Shown: positions 19,945 to 31,900 of the stretch, in pieces
How the letters are laid out: each line of letters begins with the position of its first letter
Numbering within the stretch: the stretch's first letter is position 1
NCBI GenBank assembly: GCA_028534125.1
Contig: CM052850.1
Coordinates: 26,040,001-26,104,000 of the forward strand
DNA: 64,000 bases
Direction of reading: 5' to 3'
Source of the DNA: Lama glama
Lineage: Eukaryota
Translations under genes and position numbers: made by a program
Notes under the pieces: model-generated
The model's database searches: none
What the model was told of the DNA's origin: nothing
What the model saw: the letters and a program-made list of their open reading frames with translations, nothing else

Positions 19945-22900
19945 CTACTCCTTCTCACGGGTCCACTTGATCATGGTCTCGGGTGAGCGGTAAAGGAAGA
20001 TGAGCTTGGCGTACAGCTCCTCCTCCAGCTCCAGCTCCTGCGTCTCCCGCACCAGGAAGATGTCCTGGCAGAGCTTAAGGATGCGGTCCACGCACGGCAA
20101 CTCCTCGAACATGATGGAGTGCGAGATTTCGCTGAAGAAGCCACGCACAAACTTGCCGATGACCAGCACGATGGACACGTAGAGACCCATGATGCTGCGG
20201 GCGGGCGGGTGGGCAGTGAGAGTCCGGCCTCCTCCCTGGCCCCGCCCCGGCCTGGCCCGCTGCACGCCGCACTCACCCGTAGCCTGCCAGGAAGCCCAGG
20301 CTGGGTGGGCTGACCTTGTCACTGAAGATGACCATGGGCAGCAGGTTGCATTTGGCTCGGCAGTCTTGCAGCTCGATGACCCACCACTCGAGGAAGCCAG
20401 CTGCCCCCGAGCCCACACGCTCCCTGCGCAGCTGGACGCGCACACTGAGGTAGTCAGCCTCCTCCTCTGGGTGGGAACCAGGAGGTGTCACGGTCCCTAC
20501 CCGTCCCAGGCTGAGGCCAGCACCCCCACCCCCATGTCCCCACCTCACTCACTGGGCTGTAGCTGTTTCACGGGGTTGGCTTCAGGTCCGTTGGGGGCAC
20601 GGATGTACTTAGGGAAGAGGTGGGGGATGACCCTATAGGGAGGAGGCCAGAAGGTCAGGCCTGGCCCTGCCCCCCACCATGGCCCCCCCGCCCACCCCCT
20701 ACTCACACGGACTGGTCGGAGGTGCCCTCCAGCAGGCTGGCCAGCTGCCGCCGGGCGGTGCTGTTGGGGGTTAGGTCCAGAGTGTGCTTCTCATTGGTGT
20801 ACTCCACAGTGCCGCCCTTGGCCAGGTCCCTGGGGCAGGGGTGCTGTGTGACCCTCAGTGTAGCTGGGTGGCCCCTGATCCCCCCTCCCCTGGAGCCTGG
20901 ACGCACCTCTGGAAGTTCCAGGTGAGGCGCAGGGTGATGTCGGCGGTGCCATTGTGCAGCTCACGCTTCATCTGCGCCCGGCTCGGTGGGCTGATGCGCC
21001 ACAGCGCCCCGGAACTGCCCTCAATGTGCGCTGTGACGATGTCCTCGGGGCTGTACTGGCTGATGAACTGCATGGCCAGCTGGACGTGGGGGGCAGCCAC
21101 CTCAGCGGGGCAGCCCGGCCCCCCCAACCCCCACCCCTGGCAGCCGCATGTGGCGGGGGCACTCACTGGGTCGCGGTCAAACTGCCGGGACAGTTCCTCA
21201 TAGGCCTGGGCGGTGAAGGGCACGATGGATGGCTGCTGGGCGCTCATGGTGAACAGGGGCTGGTGGTGGGGACGCAGTGATGTGGCGCCGGGGCCTCTGG
21301 ACCCCAGGCCACCAGCGTCACACAGAGCCCCTCACGATCTCGAGGGGAGGGCACCTGAGGTGGGGGTGAGGCTGCTCACCTCGTAACCGCCCAGCTTGAG
21401 GGTGACAGTGACGTCGATGGGCTGGTTGACGACCCCGACCACAGAGCGCACCAGGGACATGAAGAGCAGCGGGAACCAGATGATGGCCACCAGGAACAGG
21501 ATGATCAGGCCACCCATGCCATACTTGACCACCTTCTTCTTCTTCTGCCCCTTGGGCTGTGGGTATCTCTGGGGGGCAGAGGGGGGATGCAGGTCACCCG
21601 CCAAGTGGGCCTCTGTCCTTACGTGGCCCTGCAGAGCCAGACCCACGTGGGGACCAGGTGCCCAGGCCACCCAGAGGGAAGGATGGCCGGACACCCACAC
21701 GCCGAAATGTGAAGTTGGGCCTTCAACCCTCGGCCAGAGTGAACTCAAACAGGAGACCAAAAAACGGTGAAACTCTTCAGGGCAAATCTGTCTGAAAGAA
21801 CCTAGTGTGCAAGCTCCAGAAAGAACTCTCACAACGGTGAGATACCACCCGGTGAAGACCTGGCGAAAACCTCAACAGACACTTCTCCAGACAAGCTACG
21901 CAAGCGGCCAAGCACAGGAAGGGGCCTGGCGCCAAGACTGGAGCCCCCACACGGCCCCACCCGTCCCTGGACGCCGAGCCCGGGGGTGGAGGGGCTGGCA
22001 CCACAGCCACTCTGAGCTGTGTACCCAGGAGCCATGGGGACCTATGGCCGCGGCTCTGGACGGAATGGCCACAGCAGCATCTCTCACAGCTGAGACTTGT
22101 CACAATGGAAAGCTACTCAGCTGTGAAGAGAATTCTGACACAACTGCAAGGTGGGTGCGCCTGGAGAGCGCCGTGCTGCGAGAGGGAAACAGTCACCAAA
22201 GGCCACGTGCCGTGTGCTGCCGTGCATGTGGGACACCGGGGATGGGCAAGTCCGCGTGGGGGGGGTGGCTGCCAGTGTGAGTGGGGCTGCTTCCTGTGCA
22301 GCGGGCGTGCAACCCTGGGTGCACTAGGAACCACCCAGCTGTGCACGGTACAGGGGCAGCTGCGTGAATTACAACAGTAGCTGCTAAGAAACACTTGGTT
22401 CATGTTTTACCGTGCACCCTGCTCCCCATGCCTGTGACTGGGGGCCCTCTCTGTGGGTGGCCGCCCTGACATGGCCGAGTCCACCGTCCCCTCGAGGAAG
22501 CCCCTTCTGGCCATCAGGAAGTTTCAGAGGCATGCACTGGACGCACGCTGGTGTGGGCAGCAGCCGGCCCTCACCTTCTCTGTCTCGCGGCTGCACTTGA
22601 TGATGAAGATATTGGCGTAAATGTCCTCCACGCACATCCAGCTGGACAGGGACAGCGTGGTGTCCGTCCACACCCAGTCCATCACAGCCCGCAGCTCCAC
22701 CAGGAAGGGCACCAGCCGGAACCTGCGCGAGGCCGGGGACCATCAGGAGGGCCCGAGGGAGGGCTGCCCTGCCCCCGGCGCCCGGGCCAGCCACGCTCAC
22801 CCCTGGAAGAGGAACAGGTTGAGGTGGTTGTACTTCTTGGTGAGGAAGTTGCCGAGGATGCGGGTGGGGTAGCCACAGCGGATCTGGTAGGCCGACAGGG

Positions 22901-25900
22901 CGAAGTAGATGCACTTGACGAAGTACCACAGCTGGGCCACGGCATTCTGGCTGAACATCCTGTACGGGTGGGGAGCCAGGTCAGGGCGCCCGCAGAGCCC
23001 TGAGCTCCGCACAGCACGCGCGTCCAGGCCACTCCCGAGCCCACACCCACCGCTCGGTGACGGCGGGCAGGACGAAGAACATCCAGACGTGGATGGCCAG
23101 GACCAGCACCACCTGGAAGGCCAGCTTGCCCAGCACGGTCTTGCGCAGGTACAGGGCACGGTCGATGACCATGGTGCTGAACTGGACCAGCAGCATGACG
23201 AGGAAGGCCTCAGGCACCTGGTCATCTGACAGGGAGGACGTGATGTCCGTGGCCGCTGAGTGCTTCTGTGGCCGGGAGAGCAGAGGTCAGGGGTGCTGGG
23301 TTGGGGTGGCCCCCAGGCCCCGCGCTCACCGGGGGCACTGAGACCCGGCTCACCCCAAAGGCCCAGAAGCCAAAGATGATGATGATGAAATCGACCACGT
23401 CGGCCAGGAACATGAGGGCGTAGACGTCGGTGGCCGCGCGGTACTTGGTGTGCAGGATGTCCTGGAAGAACCTCCGCAGGGGCCGGTAGACGCCCTGGGC
23501 TCTGGGCAGGTGGGCAGGCCTGGCTCAGTGCAGCCCTGCTGCCCCCCACCCCCCCGGCCCGGGCTCCCTGCGGGGTCACTCACAGGGACAGGCAGCAGCT
23601 CTGCAGCTGGGCCCCCGCTGCCCTCACTCTTTCCCGGGGGCAACTCCGCTGCTTCCTCCTCCTTGAGGCCACCGCCACTGCCTCTGCCTCGTCCTCCTCC
23701 TGGTCCTCAGCGTCTGTGGGGAGCAACTGCTGCTAACAGAGCCCGCGGGGTGGGGCCAGGCTCGGACTCCTGACCCTCCTGAGACCTCCCAAAGGGCTGC
23801 CACTGCCTCACTTTATAGACCAGCAGAGGGTCACCAGGTGTCCGGGGTTGGGGGGCAGCAGGGGGGCCCTCGTACCCACGGCTGCCTGTCCTCTGGGTTC
23901 TGTGCTCTCCCTCCTGCTCCTCCGGAAACGCAGGCTGATACGCCTCTTGTCTTGGGGCTCAGGGGGCCCGTCCCTTACTTCTAGCTGGATGTCGCCCTCA
24001 GTCCTGGCCACCCCTGGCTCCTCCTGGGGTCCTAGTGGGGCCAGCTCCTCCTCAGCCCCCTTCTTCCTACTGCCTCTGTCGTGCTCCTTGGAGAGCGGGT
24101 CGTCCTCGTGGTCCCAGAGGCCGTAGCACTGTGGAGGGACAGAGGGAGGGAGGTGGGTGAGGAGGCCCCATAGTGCCGCTGGGCTGAGCTCAGACCAAGA
24201 AGATGGCCAGGTGCATCCTGGGCTGTAAGATGTCCAACCTGCCTCCTGGTTCAAAACAACTGAGTGTGTTTTTGTGTGTGTATATGCATATGTTGTGTGT
24301 GAGTGTACTGTGCGTGTGTACGTGTGCATGCACGCGTGTGCAAGTGTGCTTGTGTGTTAACGTGCACGTGGCTGTGCGTGCATGTCCGTGCGTGTGAGTG
24401 CATGTGTGCCCGTGCGCGAGCACCCTGCCGGGCTCACCAGCAGCTGGGAGCGGTGGAAGAAGAGCGCCATGAGCTGCGCCAGATCCCCCCTGACGTAGCC
24501 GTCGCGCTTCTCCAGCCCCAGGATGCGCGGTGGGAAGTAGGGCTTGTTCTCGTGGCGCTGGAGCACCGCGTGGCTGTTCCAGGGGAAGAAGCCAAACTGG
24601 AACAGGTACTTGGTGACCACGGTGACCTGCAGGGGACAGCAGTCAGCAGGGCGCGGCCCCCGGCCCCACCCGGCCCCGCCTGGCTGACGCCCACCTCCGT
24701 GAAGACGATGGCCGTCATCCAGAAGCGCTTGCTGGGCCGCGGGATGGACAGCATGGCCCACAGGAAGACCAGCACGGGCAGCACGAGCGAGGCGGCCGAG
24801 GCCGTGACCATGTGGTTGAGGACAATGATGAAGTAGCAGAGTAACTCCGAGTGGGCGGCCAGGCACTGGTACCCAGCCCGCAGCAGGCGCAGCGCCCGGC
24901 CTTGCCCTGCCGCAAACTGCTCAGCCGCCTCCAGCTCCGGGACGTGCAGGCGCCTGTGGGGGCACAAGGCTCAGGCGCCGCCCACTGGGGGCGCCCTGAG
25001 GCCCGGGCCCTCCCGCCAACCCCGTTGCCGCCCACCTGGCCAGGAGCAGCTCGCTGGCCGTGCGTGTTTGGGCGCGGCCGCCGGTGGCAAGCTCCCGGGA
25101 GCTGAGTAGGGACGTCCCCGGCTCAGCAACCGTGTCCTCGCTGCCGCTACTGCGGGTGTGGTAGCCGGTGCTTTGGGGGCTGCTGGTGTCCTCAGTTGCA
25201 CTGCTCAGTGGCTCCTCGGCCCCCAGCCCGCTGTGGGAGGGGGCTGGTCACCAGGGGGCTCTGGGGCAGCAGGGTAGGACCTCGAGGTCCCTGGTGGACG
25301 AGGGGCTGGGTGGCTGGGCTGGACCTCACTTCGGGCCTGGAAATAGGCCGGGTGGGGTGGGGCTCGGGGGGTGCCTGAGCCCCCACCCTCACTTCTACCT
25401 TGACGCTGTGCTCAGGGCATCGCGGGCCTCCACTTCGCTGACGTACAGCTGGTCCAGCACATCCCGGCGCACCTCACCACCCTGCAGGGCACCGGGGGCT
25501 CAGGGCAGCGGAGGCGGGGCAGGCACAGGGGCGGGGTACAGGGGGGCATGGGGACAGCCCACTCACCCTCAGCAGCTCCTGCGTGAGCAGGTAGCGCTCG
25601 GCACGCAGCACGTCACTCATGGCGCTGTGGTGCCGTGTGAAGGTGAGCAGCCAGCGTGTCAGCCCGTCCACCAGCGCCTGCCCCAGCACCCACAGGAACT
25701 GCAGGGCGCTCAGCACCCGCTGTACCACATGCCTGCGGCCTACGAGGGCGGGAGGACGGCGCTGGAGGGCGGCCCGTGGGCACCCTGACCCCGGCCCCCG
25801 CCCCGGGGCCCACGCACCTGCCGTCTGGTCCTGCAGGCCCTCCGCTGGTGCCGCCTCTTGGCCTGGGCCGCCTCCTGGGCACAGGAATGCTGGTCAGCGC

Positions 25901-28900
25901 CTTGCACCCTGAGGGCCCCCATACCCCGTGCAGCCAGACTCACCCGTGGGCAGCTGCCTCGTCTGCTCCTGCCGCTGCTCCCTCAGCACCGTTTGGGCAC
26001 TGGTCACCCACGCCTGGTAGGCCATCTGCAGGGGATGCCGAGTGAGCACCAGGGCCCCGACTGTCCTGGGCGGTCACTCAGCCCCAGGCCCCACACTGAG
26101 AACCAAGGGCCCAGAGGCAGACAAGATGACAGGTGTCCAGCCACTGTGTGTCCTTCTCGGAGGCCAGGCCACCATAGGCCTGAGGGGCCAGGGTTGGGTC
26201 CCTGGGAGGCGCTGGGCAAAGGGCTCCCCGCCGCCTATGACTGCGCCCACCTGGCTTGAGGGTGCTGGGTGTGACTCCTCCTGCCGCCCTGCCCAGGCCC
26301 AGGCCTCTGCGGCAGGGGAGCAGGCACTCACCTGGAAGGCACTCTGTTCTGACGGCCTGGGGTCCTCGGGCTGGGCCTCCTCCTCCTCCTCGCTGTCGGA
26401 CTCGAACAGGAAGTAGTCCCCGGAGTGGATGACTGTGGGCATGGTGGGGTGAGAGCCGGCCCCCGACACGGATGGGGCTCTGTGTCCCCTCCTCCTCCCC
26501 CCAGACCCCTAGACCGTTTCCTCAGTTTGGGATGGGTCCAGGAACAGGCCTGGCTGTGCTGTCCATCCAGCTTGGATGCCCCCAGCAGCCCGTGGCCCCC
26601 GGGGCCAAGGCCCACATGCCACCCTCACCCGAGAGACAGCCACAGTGGTGGGCGGCAGAGAGTGGTGGGCAGGGGCGGTGGCACATGCACAGTACACAGG
26701 TAAGAGCTGGGACGAGACCAGACAGGACGAGGGGACGTGTAGGGTGGGGCCAGGAAAAGGGAGACACTGCCAATTAGCGACAAAAACTCCAACTTGAGTC
26801 AGAAAAGCACAGGAAGAAGAAAAGAGTCTGTGGTCGGGCCAGGCCCCTCACTACGTGAGGCTGAGAGCTCGCATGGAGGGCTCATAGAAGGTGCAGGGAG
26901 GGACAGCGTGCACTGGCCAGGTCAGCTCCCTCTGCCCAGGGGTAGCTGGCAGCCAAGAGGGGGCTGCCTGGCGCACAGTGGCTCTGAGAGGGTGGGCAGG
27001 GCAGGCCAGGTTGGGGCAGTACCTGTGGCGTGGTCCAGCCAGGGCCGCCACCACTGTCGCTGTGGCGGGGAGGCGCCCCCTGGACTGCCGGGCCCTGTGG
27101 GAGGGCAGGGGGGGAGCGTGAGCCAGCAGGGAGGGGCAGGGCCGGGGAGGCGGCCCCTCAGCAGAGAGAGACGCGGAGCCCATGAGGCGTCAAAGGGGCC
27201 ACATGTAGACCCTGGGGAGCAGAGGACAGCCCACAAGTGCGCACAGACACTGATGGCCAGAGCAACCACGCGGCACAGGGCGGACGGGCTGGAAGCCCCG
27301 TGGGACAGCTCACGGCACAGACGCGGGCGGGGACACACAGGGTGCGGGGCCCTCCGAGGCTCCATCCACGCTCACCTGGCTCCTGCCTGGGGCCTGGCGA
27401 GTCCTGTGGGCGGCTGCGGCCGGCCCGGCCCTGCCTGTGCTTCTCCTGCTTGGCCCGGATGCGCTCCATCCTGCGGGCGGGAGGCGGCTCAGTGCCGGGC
27501 TGCCCGGAGAGCCCGCGGGGCCCCGCCCGGACGGCACCTACTGTCTTTTCAGCTGGGCCAGGGACTTCTCCTCCGCCCTGCGGTGAAGCTCGATGGTCTT
27601 GAAGTTGGCAGCATTATAGAGGGCGAAACCCCTGTGAGGGGAGAGGACGGGGCACTCAGCACTGGCTGCTCGATCCCCGACCCTCCCCGCCCCACCAGCC
27701 ACGCTCAGCCCAGCTGCCCAGGCCTGCTGCTCACGCCACGGTGCCGGCCCCCACTCGACACCCCCTGCCACCAGGTGCAGCAGTCAGAGGGAGACCCTCC
27801 GGCAGCCCCCAGCCTCACGGGGTCGAAATCGGGGGATAGGAGGTTAGCTGGCTCCTTGGCCAAAGCGCAGTCAGGGAGGAGTGAACCCTTGGGCCCACGT
27901 GGCAGCCACATGGGGCCTAAATGTCAGCCAGTGGCAAAGCCGGGCTGACGCCACACACCACCACGCTCGTGACAAGGTCCTCAGGCCTCCCGTGGGTGGC
28001 GTGTCATGTTGCAGAGTGGTGACAAGGGGACACAAGGCAGGGGCCCACCTGGAGGCCTGCAGGGCAGTGGCCTGGAGCTCGGCCCTGACATGCAGGAAGT
28101 AGCGGCTGAGGAAGACGCGGCGCTGCAGCAGCAGGAACAGGAAGCAGATGCTGTCCCACAGGACGCCGGCCTCCTCCACGGGCAGCAGGCAGTCCTGGTC
28201 CCGGCCCAGCATCTCCTTGGCTGCAGACAGACAGTGGCCCAGGTCAGGCCTGGGAGCCGCTCGCCCCTGCACCCCTGGACACCCGCCCCGCCCACTCACG
28301 GTCGTGGTAGCCTTTGACAGTGCACACGAGGCTGAAGAGCTGGATGACCCAGCAGAAGCTGCTCTGCATCTGCTCCACGAAGACACAGGACAGGAGCTGG
28401 GGGTGGCAGGAGGGTCAGCCTGGGCGGCGAGGCAAGGGTGGGGAGGGGCGGGGCGGGGCTCACCGAGAGCATGTTCTTGGAGATGATGACGGTGACATTG
28501 TAGAGGATGAGGCAGTCCCACAGCACGAGGCGGGAGTGCGTGTCTTTCTGCAGCAAGCTGGTCCCAAACAGCAGCAGGTAGAAGCAGGCCAGCAAGTAGC
28601 CCAGCCCGAAGACGCTGATGCGCGTGGCGCCCGTGACGAACACCACCACCAGCACCAGCCAGAAGAGGTAGCGGAAGACGGCCACCTTCAGCATGTCGAG
28701 GTAGGACCTGTGGGCAGGGCGTCACTGCAGGGCCCGGGCACCACGGCCTCCCCTGCAGGCCTCCTCCTCTGCAGGGTCAGCGACCACCCCTCGTCCTGGC
28801 CACGGGGACGCCGCTGGCAGGGCCTGCCCTGGCTCAGTCCTGCTGGAGCCCAGGCACGTCCGTCAGCCCTGCCAACCCGCCACCTCTGCAGCCCCAGGGG

Positions 28901-31900
28901 CCCCGGTCCTGGCCACTGTGACACCCACCTGCAGTGGATGAAGTTGGGCACGGGGTTGGGCTCCCCCCGCAGCGGCTCCAGGTGGTCAGTGTTGATGCCA
29001 GCCATGTGCTGCCACTCCTCCGTGCGCTCAGCCAGGAACACCTGCCACTGCTGGGAGGCGCAGAGCAGCAGGAGGAAATCACCTGTGGGCACACGGGGGC
29101 ACTGCTGGGCTGCACCCTGGGGAGTGCCGGGCACGTCTGGCACTGCCCTCAGGCCCCTGGCTGGAGAGAGGTTGCAGTGTGGGGGGGGGAGTTGTGCAAG
29201 CATCCACCTGTGTGGACACCAGCACCTGCACACAGTGTGGACAGGCACACGGACGTCAGAGAACACGTCTGCTGTACACATTCTGCATGTGCACGTGTGG
29301 CTGCACACACTGCACGCGTGTCAGCAAACAAGGCCCACAGGAGCCTGACTGCATGCCTCACGGCTTCAGTCTGCACACCCGCGTCCACACCTGTGAGCAG
29401 GCACGTGTCTGTGTGCAGCGGTGCACGTGATGTGGGCCCCCCAGTCTCATGGGATCTGTCTGCAGGACTGGGCACACTCATGGAACAAAGACCCCTGCTA
29501 GGGAGCTACAGGGCTGGACCAGCCGGTGAGGCCTGGGCCTCGTCCCTCGTGGGCTGGAGAGGAGGGTCCCCGCTCGCACACTGCCCGTCCACAAGGGAAC
29601 CCAGCCCCCCGTGTGGCGGGGCTCCAGCAGCAGGTGCTCACTGATGAGGTTGGTGGAGTTGGGGGCTCTGAAGAAGTCGGGCAGGTACAGCCACTGGATG
29701 AGGGCGGAGTTCATGGGGACGGCCCGGCTCCAACGCCACGGGTAGTCTGCGGGGGGGGAGGGTGTGCGTCACCTGTGTGTCCAGGCCCGCCCCCACCCGT
29801 CCCCAGCACCCACGGGAGCCGCCCTCACACCACTGCCACCCGAGTCTCCAAGCATCCGGGCCCAGAGCCCGCTTCTCGTGGACGCGTGTCTCAGACACGA
29901 ACTGTGCCCCAGCCCTTGGGGGAGGAATCGAGGGTCGCCCGGGGAGGGTGATGGGCAGGTTGGCAGGGCAGGCCTCCCTGTGTGAGGGCCACGGTCGGCG
30001 TGGGCCAGAACAAGACTTCATCGCGCACCTGACAGAATGGCTAAAATAAAATGGTGTCGACGCAAAACGCTGGCACGGACAAGAGACGACACAGCCTCCC
30101 AGGGCACTCATCCCCGAGAGATGGAAGCCACGGCCACACAGACACCTGTGCAGTGGCAGACGACTAGTGTCCGCAACACCTGGTCCCCAGCGGCCAGATG
30201 TCGTCCACGGGTGAACGCGGGCAGCAGCCTGGAGCGCTTGGCTGTGGCTCGTGAGTGAGGGAAGCCAGACCCCAGGGCTGTGTGACCCTACTTAGGTGAC
30301 TCCTGGCAAAGGGAAACCACAGGGCGGGAGTCACGGGGCAGGGGGCAGAGAACTGAGGTGGACATGCCTCCATGCGCTGGTCGGCACCACAGAGAGAACG
30401 TTACTATATTAAAAATCGAAGCCATCCTGGACGCTGGGGGGCCCAGGGCGGAGCGCAGACTGACAAGCAATCGAACCAGACGGTGCATGTACGTCGCACC
30501 TTCCAGAGGTCTTGGGGAAGAGCAGAGCCACCCGAGTGACGCTGGAAACTGTTCTGATTGAAGAAAGACACTGTCCGCCGAGAGGTCAGAGAAGCAGCAT
30601 CTCCCCAGAGCGACACACACCGCGAGGGCTGGGGCTGGGCGTCTGAATTTCACCCGCCAGTGGAGGGAAGAAAGCAGGGTCCACCGGGCAGGGGCGGGGG
30701 GACTCCCAGGGCCAGCTGGGACGGTGCCAAGGACAGGACCCCAGGGACAGGACTGGAGCAGAGCCCCAGGCCTAAGTGCCCCGAGTCCATACAGGCAAAT
30801 GAAAACTGGACAGAGCAGGGCGGGCGACGGGGCAGCTCCTCGCTCATGGAAGACGCCAGTCAACGGCCGACGAAGAAATGCAGAGATAGGAAGTCCCCGT
30901 GAGAGCCCCGAGCGCCCCTGTGGGCGGGCCCGCTGCTAGTAGGCAGGAGTTCACACAGAAACAAGACCCCTGCCTGGTCTCCAGGCCTGTCCCCTAACAA
31001 GCCTGCACTAGTGACAAGCAGCAGACGGGTGTAACCGGGTGATGAAGGCGTGTCCCCTGGGGTGATACACTGGCCCCACGTGACACCATGCTCTTGCCAA
31101 AAGTGCGTAACTTGGTCTAAAGCAGCAGCACTGGACGATGCAGGGGGAGGAACGGCAGCCTGGTGCTCCCAGGAGTCCCAGAGTGATGAAGAGGCAGGCA
31201 GACAGAGGCACCGCCCCGGCCCAAGGCGAGTGGAGCGGCCTGAGGAACACAGCAGGGGTGTCGGGGGCCTGGGACCCCCAGCGGCAGGGGCGAGACTGGG
31301 GAGAGCCACGCGGCCCAGGGCTCCGGCCGTAGGTGGTGGCCTGGCACCCACTGTGGCTCCAAGTATGTCAGAGGCTGACACCGACCCTAGGAAACTGGGT
31401 GAAGAGTTTCGGAGCTCTGTTCTGCTTCTGTAACTATCTGTAAGTCTACGGAAAAGTTAGAGAATTAAACAAGACGAACATGGGACAGCACGGGGCGTCT
31501 CGAGCCTATTCTGCCGGAAGCAGCCTGGCTGAATCAGGCGACCCCGTGTGGGTCCGTCCCTAGGACACTTTGGGAAAGGTCAAGTCAGAGATCGCCAGGC
31601 GGGCAGCCAGGGAGGGGCTGCTGCAAAGGGGCAGGGACTTGGGCCACAGGGTCTGACCGCAGTGGTCACGCGCCCGTGCCTTCATCAAAACTCAGACTGT
31701 ACGCCCAAGAGGGCGTTTCCCTGGGCGACTGCAGCCTCTGTGAGCCTGACGTAGACAGTGGTGGAGGATGTCTGACGTGCCGTCTGGGAGGGCTCCAGGG
31801 GCCGCCTTGGCACGTCCAAGGGAGCCCCAGACAGGTCACAACGCACTCAGAAAGCACCGCTGGGGCTCGGGGAGGGGGCGGCGCCATGGCAGAGCGCGTG

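Noticed and set aside
23714-23740. Upstream TAG/CAG/CAG tandem acceptors for PIEZO1 exon 40
   Set aside because: They would add 19, 16 or 13 nt, all frameshifting. The acceptor at 23713 keeps phase.
26794-29348. Long + strand ORFs (384 aa, 344 aa) antisense to PIEZO1
   Set aside because: These are shadow ORFs of GC3-rich coding exons, with no recognisable domain and non-ATG starts.
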